From: Chloroflexota bacterium
GTDB taxonomy: Bacteria > Chloroflexota > Limnocylindria > P2-11E > CF-107
Reading direction: 5' to 3'
NCBI GenBank assembly: GCA_005881435.1
Contig: VBHP01000028.1
Location: 71,003-135,002 of the forward strand
Length of the DNA stretch: 64,000 bases
In this document: positions 1-7,737 of the stretch, in pieces
How the letters are laid out: each line of letters starts with the position of its first letter
Position numbering within the stretch: position 1 is the stretch's first letter
Program-made: the position numbers and the translations under genes
Notes under the pieces: model-generated
What the model was told of the DNA's origin: nothing
What the model saw: the letters and a program-made list of their open reading frames with translations, nothing else
Databases searched by the model: none

Positions 1-313
1 CGACCCGCTTCACCGCCGTCCAAAGCTCCTTCGGATCGGGCTCTGGGCGCCGAGCCATTTCGCCCGCTTCGATCAGTTGGGCCCACGGAATCTGTGGCGT
101 TCGCTCGCGCAGCGCTGACGAGAGCTTCGCCGCATCCTGACCCATCTCAGACAATCGCTCCGCGATCTTGTGCTGATCGTCGAGGCTCGACAGGAAATAC
201 GAGCGCTCATACGTCGCGAAGGCTTGCGCCAGCTGGGCGGACTGAACGATGCTTGCCAGGAGTTTGCGGTCGCGCGCGCTGGCGTAGCCCTTGATGTCGA
301 CGACGTCACCCAC
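1..313 (-). CDS. DUF86/HepT-like protein, truncated at the window edge
   Basis: Hand translation from GTG313: VGDVVDIKGYASARDRKLLASIVQSAQLAQAFATYERSYFLSSLDDQHKIAERLSEMGQDAAKLSSALRERTPQIPWAQLIEAGEMARRPEPDPKELWTAVKRV. The 'GQDAAKLS...R...PQIPW' and 'LW..V' patterns resemble DUF86. Confidence 0.5.
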   Translation of the reverse strand, partial: MGDVVDIKGYASARDRKLLASIVQSAQLAQAFATYERSYFLSSLDDQHKIAERLSEMGQDAAKLSSALRERTPQIPWAQLIEAGEMARRPEPDPKELWTAVKRV

Positions 314-572
314 AGCTCCGCACCTTCATGAGCACGGGCCTCATTGTCGCGCGCGACGCGTCGTTCAGCGATCTTCCGGCGGTACGTAGCGGGCGATCAG
401 CGCTTGAGCGATCAGCGGATCCACCGCCGGCGGACGAAGTATCGCCTTCACGATCACGCGAGGGGTGGCGCGATCGCTCTGCCTCTCAAAATTGAGATCG
501 CGGCGCTCCTCCCGCTCCACGCCTGCTCGCCGAGGCAAGAGGCATGCCATACACGGGGCTGGTCCGAGAGCT

Positions 573-594
573 ATTGAACTAAGCAAAGTTCAAT
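573..594. promoter_or_regulatory. Palindromic operator-like site ATTGAACT-N6-AGTTCAAT
   Basis: Perfect 8-bp AT-rich inverted repeat just upstream of a -10-like TAGGCT (620-625) and an XRE gene. Confidence 0.55.
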
Positions 595-635
595 TCCTGC
601 GCCTGCTTGCCCGCCGAGCTAGGCTTGCCTCCTCG

Positions 636-893
636 ATGCCGCGCTCTCGACGTACCGCAAAACGCCGCAGCCCCAGTGTCGACAACGACACGCGGAAGCG
701 CATCGGCCAGCACATCCGCGGGCTTCGCGAAGAACGGCGTATGACCCAGGCGAGCGTCGCCGATCCAGCGTTTACCGCGGCATTCATCAGCATGGTCGAG
801 AGCGGCCGCGCATTGCCCTCGATGAAGAGCCTGCTGCACATCGCGCGGCGTCTCCGCGTTCCGATCAGGCAGACGCTGCCCCCCGACCTTTAG
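636..893 (+). CDS. Stand-alone XRE-family helix-turn-helix protein (85 aa)
   Basis: IGQHIRGLREERRMTQASVA...AFISMVESGRALPSMKSLLHIARRL; start taken at ATG636. Confidence 0.85.
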   Translation: MPRSRRTAKRRSPSVDNDTRKRIGQHIRGLREERRMTQASVADPAFTAAFISMVESGRALPSMKSLLHIARRLRVPIRQTLPPDL

Positions 894-1188
894 CCAGCGA
901 ACGCGGCGCGGGCCAGCGATGGGCGTCGAGGTCGACGCGATCGCCCACGAACGTGACGCCCTCGTCCTCCAGTCGCGCCCGCTGGGACAGGAAGCCGGGT
1001 GCGAGCCGCCCGTTGCGGTCCACGACGCGATGACATGGCACCCGTCCGTCGTCGCAGGCCGCAAGGGCCCACCCGACTTCACGTCCGCCGTGGGTGCGAC
1101 CGAGCAGCAGCGCAACGCTGCCGTATGTGGTCACCCGACCGCGAGGGACGCGTCGGACGACGGCATACGCGCGGTCGGCGAAACGCAC
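865..1188 (-). CDS. MGMT/ATL-family DNA alkyl-repair protein
   Basis: VPRGRVTTYG and PCHRVV motifs; TAGCCT 7 nt before the GTG. Confidence 0.9.
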   Translation of the reverse strand: MRFADRAYAVVRRVPRGRVTTYGSVALLLGRTHGGREVGWALAACDDGRVPCHRVVDRNGRLAPGFLSQRARLEDEGVTFVGDRVDLDAHRWPAPRSLAKGRGAASA

Positions 1189-1419
1189 CGGGCGCAGGCT
1201 AGCGCCGAACTAGCGAGGGATCTTGCCGAAACCGAGCGCTTCGGCCCGGATCAGACGCTCCAGCGCGCGTTCGGGCCCGCCCGGTCGCTGCCGGCGCGGT
1301 GCCGTCCGCGGAGAGCGGTGGGCTTTGGGAGCGCGTCGCTCGAGGATCGCCACGCGCTGCGTGGCTGCACGGCCCGTGCCGGGTCGCGACTGGCACGCGG
1401 GCTGCGACGGCATCAGGGC

Positions 1420-1707
1420 ATGCCCGTCGTGATCGTTTCCGTCGTCTTCGCGCTGTACGGAGATTTGCGCGCTCTGGCGATCGGCTACACCGACGAAGCC
1501 GCGCTGGCTCGGGCGGCGGTGATCTTTGTCGCCTCGCTCGTGGTGCTGCGACTGCTCGGTTCGCTGTTCCGCACCTGGCGGCTACGACGACGGAGCGCTG
1601 GTATCGACCAGAGCGTCGTTGCGCCCGCGAGCTCCGAGCCGCCGGCATACCCGCCGCGTCGGGAATATCTGCGCGACGGCGCCGGCCGAAAGGATCGCGC
1701 CGCCTAG
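1420..1707 (+). CDS. Small hypothetical membrane protein
   Basis: Two hydrophobic segments in the 3' part of ORF 919-1707; start uncertain. Confidence 0.5.
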   Translation: MPVVIVSVVFALYGDLRALAIGYTDEAALARAAVIFVASLVVLRLLGSLFRTWRLRRRSAGIDQSVVAPASSEPPAYPPRREYLRDGAGRKDRAA

Positions 1708-1749
1708 GCACTGCCCGATCCAGCGGACGTGGCCTGTAGGCTCTTCGAG

Positions 1750-2907
1750 ATGACGGACGCACCGAGACCGCTGCTGATCCACTCCAACTCGTACGACGAT
1801 CCGGCGATGCTGCATGCCTCCGGCTTTCTCGCGACCGATCCATTCACGTATCTCGAGACGAACGGGCACCGCGTCATCCTGACCAGCGCGCTGGAAGCCG
1901 GACGGGCGCGCAAGCAGTCCCGCGCGACGGCGATACGTGAGATGGACGAATTCGGGATCCAGGCGCTGTTGCGGGAGACCAGATCCTGGGACGAGGCCTA
2001 TGCCGCCGCACTGGACCGGTTCCTCGCCGAATACGGCGTGCGTGACGCGCTCGTGCCGCGCGAGTTCCCGCTGTATCTGGCCGAGCTGTTGCGGAAGCGC
2101 GGCGTGAAACTCGAGGTCGCGCCAAAGCTGGGCGAGCAGCGCCGTCGAAAGACCGCGGCCGAGATCGCCGCGATCGAAGAGACCCAGCGCGCGACTGAGG
2201 CGGGGTTCGACGAGGCGTTGCGCATGCTGCGCGACGCGGACGTCGCCGGCGACCGATCACTGGTCCTCGACGGAAAGCCGCTGACGGCGGAGCGCGTCCT
2301 GGCCGAGATCGAGGTCACCATGCTGGAGCGTGGTTGCGTCGCCGACGACACCATCGCCGCCGGAGGTCCGCACGCGGCCGACCCGCACCAGGTCGGGACC
2401 GGTCCCTATCGCGCCAACGAAGCGATCGTAATCGACATCTATCCGCAGTCACGCCGCAGTCGTTTCTTCGCCGACATGACGCGTACGGTCTGCCGCGGTG
2501 AGCCGCCCGACGAGATCGTTCGTATGTACGACATCACCCTGCGCGCACAGCACGAGGGCATCGCGATGGTGCGGCCCGGCGTGACCGGTAAGGAGATCCA
2601 CGAGCGCATCGAGGATCTGTATTTCGACGCCGGCTACGGGACCACGCGAGAGGGTCAGCGCCGCCCCGGTGTCCCGTCGTTCATCCACGGGCTCGGCCAC
2701 GGTGTCGGGCTCGCGATCCACGAGGCGCCGTCGATCGGGCGCAGCGGCGTGCAGCCACTCGAGCCGGGCGACGTCATCACCATCGAGCCCGGTCTCTATC
2801 TCGAGGGCCTCGGCGGCGTGCGAATCGAGGACATGCTCGTCGTCACCGAGACCGGCGCGCGCAATCTCACGCGAGCGGCAAAGGTGCTTCGGCTCGACTC
2901 TGGCTAG
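1750..2907 (+). CDS. Xaa-Pro aminopeptidase (M24)
   Basis: Metal-ligand motifs DIYP...ADMTRT, HGLGHGVGL.IHE, TIEPGLY, GVRIED. Confidence 0.95.
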   Translation: MTDAPRPLLIHSNSYDDPAMLHASGFLATDPFTYLETNGHRVILTSALEAGRARKQSRATAIREMDEFGIQALLRETRSWDEAYAAALDRFLAEYGVRDALVPREFPLYLAELLRKRGVKLEVAPKLGEQRRRKTAAEIAAIEETQRATEAGFDEALRMLRDADVAGDRSLVLDGKPLTAERVLAEIEVTMLERGCVADDTIAAGGPHAADPHQVGTGPYRANEAIVIDIYPQSRRSRFFADMTRTVCRGEPPDEIVRMYDITLRAQHEGIAMVRPGVTGKEIHERIEDLYFDAGYGTTREGQRRPGVPSFIHGLGHGVGLAIHEAPSIGRSGVQPLEPGDVITIEPGLYLEGLGGVRIEDMLVVTETGARNLTRAAKVLRLDSG

Positions 2908-4244
2908 TTGTGCGGCTGGGTACGCAGCCAGGCCACGGCCGCGTCGCGCACCGTGTCCGTCGGCGCATCCGGCGCACGGGTCACGACCTCGTCCGGCACG
3001 ACGCCTTTACCGGATAGGTCATCGCGGGTCACGGCGGACTGGATCTTGGCGTACGTATACAGCAGCAGCCCTCCGTCCGGCAGCTCACGCGGGAGCGCGA
3101 TGCTGATGCAGCCGGCGGTGCCGGCACCAAAGACCCGTCCGGCGCCGTGCTCCTGGATGGCGGAGGCGATGATCTCGGCCCCCGAAGCCGTGTACTGGTC
3201 GACGAGCACGGCCAGCGGTTTCTGCCGGGGATAGAACGCCTTCGGGTTCACCGGCTTTGGCACAGCCTGACCATCGCGATCGACCTCGTAGAGCACGTTG
3301 CCGCTCTTGATGAAGGTGCTCGCAATCTGCTCCGCCGGATCGAGTAACCCACCGGGATCGCCGCGCAGGTCGAGGATCCATCCGACGGCACCTTCGCGAT
3401 CCAATCGCGAGAGTGCTGCGGTCAGATCGCCCGGGATGTTGGCGGTGATGTTCTGGATGTTCACGTAGCCGTATTGCGAATCCACGACTTCCTCGACGAT
3501 GTCCGGTGCGATCAGCGAGGCGCGCGTGATGCTGAGGTCCAGGTCGCTCGCACCTCGAGTGATGACGAGCTTCACCGCGGTGCCCTCGGGGCCCTTGATC
3601 AGGTTGGCGACCTCTTCGGCGGTCAAGCCGGAGACGTCCTTCCCGTCCACGCTCTTGATCCGGTCGCCGGTCTTGACGCCGGCCTTTTGCGCCGGGCTGT
3701 CCGGGAACACCTGCGTGATCTCCGGCAGCGTCGCCGTGTTCGGCTGCGGCTGCTGGATCCGCGCTCCGATGCCGCTGTAGCGCTGGTTCGAGGGCTGGTT
3801 GAAGGTCCTCGCGCGATCGGGATCCAGGTAGTAGGTGTGGCACTCGTGGGTCGATTTCGCCATGCCAGTCACTGCGGCGCGCTCTAGCTCGGTTTTCGCC
3901 GCGCCCGGCGATTGCTGCTGCGCCTTGTCCAGATAGGCGGCGAAGGCGCGGAGGTCATCGTCGGTGTTACCGGTGAACGCGGGCGTGTCGCCCGGAACCG
4001 TCAGGTTCTGGGCCTGCAAATAGGCAGCAACGTCGCTCACGGCCCCGTCGAGCAGTGTCTTTGACGACGGCTTATTGACCTGATGTTCCACCAGCACGTG
4101 GAGCGCCTGCTCCACGGTCGCATAGGTCGTCGTGCTCGCGGGCGCGCTTTCACTGGGGTTGGATTGAAAGGGGAGCGTGATCGTGCAGCCGGACAGAACA
4201 AACAGCGCGGCGATCAGCAGACTGACGATTCGGCGCGAGGTCAC
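2904..4244 (-). CDS. S41-family PDZ protease, predicted lipoprotein
   Basis: LSGC lipobox, YSGIGA PDZ region, LDLRGDPGG, TASGAE; TACACT 7 nt before GTG4244. Confidence 0.9.
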   Translation of the reverse strand: MTSRRIVSLLIAALFVLSGCTITLPFQSNPSESAPASTTTYATVEQALHVLVEHQVNKPSSKTLLDGAVSDVAAYLQAQNLTVPGDTPAFTGNTDDDLRAFAAYLDKAQQQSPGAAKTELERAAVTGMAKSTHECHTYYLDPDRARTFNQPSNQRYSGIGARIQQPQPNTATLPEITQVFPDSPAQKAGVKTGDRIKSVDGKDVSGLTAEEVANLIKGPEGTAVKLVITRGASDLDLSITRASLIAPDIVEEVVDSQYGYVNIQNITANIPGDLTAALSRLDREGAVGWILDLRGDPGGLLDPAEQIASTFIKSGNVLYEVDRDGQAVPKPVNPKAFYPRQKPLAVLVDQYTASGAEIIASAIQEHGAGRVFGAGTAGCISIALPRELPDGGLLLYTYAKIQSAVTRDDLSGKGVVPDEVVTRAPDAPTDTVRDAAVAWLRTQPHN

Positions 4245-4275
4245 GGGTTCGAGTGTATCTGCCGGACCCGCGAAG

Positions 4276-4857
4276 CTAGGCGACTTCCTCCGCCAGCAGT
4301 TTGCGCAAACGTCCAAGCGCGCGGAACTGCAGCGCGCGGACGGCACCTTCGTTCTTGCCGAGGACCTTCGCGACTTCCTGTGACGAATAGTTCTCCATGA
4401 AACGGAGCAGCAGAACTTCTTGCTGATCGCTGGTGAGCTTCGTCATCGCGCGACGCAGCGCGTCGGCGCGATCGCGCGCCTCGACATGCTCGTGCGCCGT
4501 CGGCGATTGATCCGCGACACCGAATGCATCCTCGAGGTCGACGGTCGGCCGCGCGCGACGCATGCGATCGGTGACGGCGTTGCGCGCGATCGTGTACAGC
4601 CAGGCCAGAAACGATTTGCCTTGCCAGCGGTAGCGTTTGATGTTCGCGAACGCGCGTGTGAACACCTCGCTTGTCAGGTCCTCAGCGTCAGAGGCGTCGC
4701 GCACGCGGTAGAGGAGGTAGCGGTAGACACGATCGACGTACTCGTCGTACAGCTCAGCGAACGCTTCGCGGTCGCCGCCGCGCGCCCTGGTGATCACGTC
4801 GGGCGCTTCGTCCGCAGCGGGCTGCGGGATCGTTATCGAAATCTGTGCGATCGTCAC
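4276..4857 (-). CDS. ECF sigma-70 factor
   Basis: AFAELYDEY..RVYRY, AEDLTSEVF, WLYTIARN, region 4 LGKNEGAVRALQFRAL; GAGGGGGA before GTG4857. Confidence 0.92.
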   Translation of the reverse strand: MTIAQISITIPQPAADEAPDVITRARGGDREAFAELYDEYVDRVYRYLLYRVRDASDAEDLTSEVFTRAFANIKRYRWQGKSFLAWLYTIARNAVTDRMRRARPTVDLEDAFGVADQSPTAHEHVEARDRADALRRAMTKLTSDQQEVLLLRFMENYSSQEVAKVLGKNEGAVRALQFRALGRLRKLLAEEVA

Positions 4858-5102
4858 TCGATCCCCCTCGTTTAGGTTCGTAAGGCGGTCACCATACGCG
4901 GTGATCCCCCGCACACGGAATAGCCCGTTCGTACCAATTCCGTAACTAGCGCGAACGGTCCATGACACGAGAAGGGCCTTGCTTAGTCGCTGACCATACG
5001 CTTAGTTCAGGGCTGCTGTCGAGCGCGAATTGCGTGCTGCCTCATTTGAACGTGAGACGCGCAGACAGGCGTCTCGGTGAGGAATGTCGCGGCCGGGACG
5101 AT

Positions 5103-6302
5103 CTAGTCCGCAGGTGAAGCGATGGTCGTGTGTTCGCGAAGCCACTCCTGCGGCGAGGCGCAGAAGCCTTCGTAGTCGATGTATTCGGTGATGGTGGGGT
5201 TGTCGCCGCAGGCCGGACATTTCGGATCACGATGGAGCTTGACCTCGCGGAAGCTCGTGTCCAAAGCATCGAAGAGCAGGAATCGTCCGACCAGTGGTTC
5301 GCCGATGCCGAGCAGGAGCTTCAGCGCCTCATTGGCCTGAAGTGATCCGATGATGCCTGGCAGGACTCCCAGCACACCGGCCTCCTCGCACGACGGCGCG
5401 AGTTCGGGAGGTGGCGGCTCGTGGAAGAGGCAGCGATAGCACGGACCCTCGAACGGCTTGAAGACCGTGATCTGTCCTTCGAAGCGGAAGATCGATCCAT
5501 GGACCACCGGCTTGTGATGTTTGACCGAGGCGTCGTTCACCAGATAGCGAGTCGGGAAGTTATCGGCGCCGTCGACGACGAGATCGTAGAACGGCAGGAT
5601 GTCGTCGATGTTCGCCGCGGTCAGTCGATCGCGATAGGCGATCACCTTCACGTCCGGATTCAAGCGCGTGAGTGTCTGTCGCGCCGACTCGACTTTCGGC
5701 ATCCCGATGCGCGAGGTGTCGTGCAGGATCTGTCGCTGCAGGTTGGTGCGATCGACGACGTCGCTATCGATGATCGCAAGCGTCCCGACACCGGCCGCCG
5801 CCAAGTAATACGCCGCGGGCGAACCGAGTCCACCCGCTCCGATCAAGAGCACTTTGGAGTCGAGCAGTTTCTGCTGACCCTCGATGCCGACCTGAGGGAT
5901 GAGGAGATGACGGCTGTAGCGCTGGAGCTGTTCGGTCGAGAGTCTTGATGGCTCTTCGATGGGCAGCCCCGCCTCTTCCCAGGCGACGATGCCGCCGGCC
6001 ATCGAAGACACATTGGTGTAGCCGAGCTGCTTCAACGCAAAGGCGGCTTTCACCGAGCGGACGCCGGATCGACACTGCATCACCAGCGGTGCGGTCTTGT
6101 CCGGGAAGCGTTTCGGGACCTCCTCCGCCACGGTGGCGAGCGGGACGTGCTCGGCGCCGCCGATGTGGCCGGCGTCCCACTCGTGCTGTTCGCGGACGTC
6201 GACGATGCGCAGTGTCTTCTCGCGCGCGCGCCGAGCCGCCACATCCCGGGCGGTCTCTTCTTTGATCTGGCGGCGCAACTGCGCGATCGGGTCTTGGGCC
6301 AT
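5103..6302 (-). CDS. moeB: Rhodanese-fused ThiF/MoeB adenylyltransferase (MoeZ-like)
   Basis: N-terminal rhodanese (DVRE..EW..GHI, CRSGVRS), GAGGLGS, CYRC and CPAC. Confidence 0.93.
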   Translation of the reverse strand: MAQDPIAQLRRQIKEETARDVAARRAREKTLRIVDVREQHEWDAGHIGGAEHVPLATVAEEVPKRFPDKTAPLVMQCRSGVRSVKAAFALKQLGYTNVSSMAGGIVAWEEAGLPIEEPSRLSTEQLQRYSRHLLIPQVGIEGQQKLLDSKVLLIGAGGLGSPAAYYLAAAGVGTLAIIDSDVVDRTNLQRQILHDTSRIGMPKVESARQTLTRLNPDVKVIAYRDRLTAANIDDILPFYDLVVDGADNFPTRYLVNDASVKHHKPVVHGSIFRFEGQITVFKPFEGPCYRCLFHEPPPPELAPSCEEAGVLGVLPGIIGSLQANEALKLLLGIGEPLVGRFLLFDALDTSFREVKLHRDPKCPACGDNPTITEYIDYEGFCASPQEWLREHTTIASPAD

Positions 6303-6379
6303 GAGTCAAAAAAGTATAACCCGACCAATTCAGTCGGAATTCCGTGCCGGCCCATTCTGGGCGGATATGGTGATCGACG

Positions 6380-6853
6380 ATGCCGGAGACCCTTGGCTTC
6401 GACCTGGTCCACTTTCTCCACGTCCTTGCCCTAGCGGCGATCGTCGGCGGAGGCTTCGCGCTCGGATCGGCGGCCGCGCCGACGCTGTTCCGGACGCTCG
6501 AGCGCCCGCAAGCCGGCACGATCTTCGGCGCGATCCTCGAGCGCTGGGACGGCGTCGCGATCCTGGCCGGGCTCGTTCTGCTCGGCACGACCGCCATCCG
6601 CTCCATCGCCTTCGAGACCGGCGAACCGCTCCTCTGGCGGTGGGCCGCCGTCGGCGTGGTGCTGATCGCGATCCTGTATTCGAGCGCGTGGGCGAATCCG
6701 ATCGCGCGAGCGCTGCGTCGTTCGCGACCCGACTTCGACGAGCTGCCGGCTTCCGCCGAGGAGCGGCGCGAGTTCGCGCGATACCACGCTCGTTCGGCTC
6801 GCGCGATGAGCGTGGCGATCCTCGCCGGACTCGTCGCGCTCTGGCTGTCATAG
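6380..6853 (+). CDS. DUF4149-like membrane protein
   Basis: Four hydrophobic helices, FLHVLALAAIVGG, APTLF, C-terminal F..YH..S. Confidence 0.7.
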   Translation: MPETLGFDLVHFLHVLALAAIVGGGFALGSAAAPTLFRTLERPQAGTIFGAILERWDGVAILAGLVLLGTTAIRSIAFETGEPLLWRWAAVGVVLIAILYSSAWANPIARALRRSRPDFDELPASAEERREFARYHARSARAMSVAILAGLVALWLS

Positions 6854-6856
6854 CCG

Positions 6857-7687
6857 GTGCGCTCGCTGGAGGCGGCGCTCGTCGAGCATCGACGCGCGCT
6901 CTTGCGCAAGCACCGCATCGCGACGGCCCGGCAGCTTACGCGCTTCGTCGACGCCTGTGGGTTTTGTTACGCCTTCACCGAGGGCGATCTGCCGATCCCG
7001 GCGTGCTTCGAACACCTCGCGACGCGGAGTGTCGATCGCATGTGGGGCTGGATGTGGGAGTGGAAGGACACGCTGCCCGAGGAAGGGAAGCTCTACTACG
7101 GCAAGCTGCTGAGAGCCAAGCCGACCTTCGTGTCTCTTGGATTCCTGCCGTACTTCTACGCCGTCCACGGCAGGGCCGGAGAGGACGACGACTATCTCGA
7201 GGACACGCGCGCCGGCCGCATCACCGAGGTCGGCCGCCGGATCTATGAGGCGCTGGACCAGCGCGGCGAGACGCAGACGAAGCGTCTGCGCGGCGAGCTC
7301 GGGATCGAATCGAAAGATGGACGCACCGAGTACGCGAAGGCGATGGAATCTTTGCAACGGCTGCTGTACGTCACGCGCGTGCGCGCGGTCGGCGAGGGAC
7401 GCGAGGACTACAACTACACCTACGATCTGTTCACACGGCGTTATCCCGACGTCGTCATGAAGGCCGCGCGTCTGAGCAGCGGTACGGCGATGCGGGAGAT
7501 CCTGCTGCGCGCGCTCGCGCTGGCCGGCGCGATGCCCGCGGCCAAGGTCGCAACGGTGTTCGGCTGGGACGACGAACGGACGGATCGCCTGGTCGCCGAT
7601 CTCGAGCGCGAGCAGAAGGTGCGGCGAGAAGGCAGCGGCCGAGCGCAGCTGCTGGTGCTGCCAAAGCTTCTAGCGCGCATCGCGTGA
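6857..7687 (+). CDS. AlkZ/YcaQ-related winged-helix protein
   Basis: WEWKD.L...YYGKL...KPTFVS pattern followed by winged-helix-like segments. Confidence 0.65.
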   Translation: MRSLEAALVEHRRALLRKHRIATARQLTRFVDACGFCYAFTEGDLPIPACFEHLATRSVDRMWGWMWEWKDTLPEEGKLYYGKLLRAKPTFVSLGFLPYFYAVHGRAGEDDDYLEDTRAGRITEVGRRIYEALDQRGETQTKRLRGELGIESKDGRTEYAKAMESLQRLLYVTRVRAVGEGREDYNYTYDLFTRRYPDVVMKAARLSSGTAMREILLRALALAGAMPAAKVATVFGWDDERTDRLVADLEREQKVRREGSGRAQLLVLPKLLARIA

Positions 7688-7737
7688 GGCGGCGCGCCGA
7701 AGCACGGAGCAGATTCGCTCCGTAGAGTTAGAAGTCC

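Noticed and set aside
365-586. Small minus-strand ORF divergent from the XRE gene, as a second peptide gene
   Set aside because: No suitably placed RBS or -10 box, and no repeat, signal peptide or motif; cannot be supported.
1210-1413. Small basic minus-strand ORF
   Set aside because: No motif or initiation signal; possibly real but unsupported.
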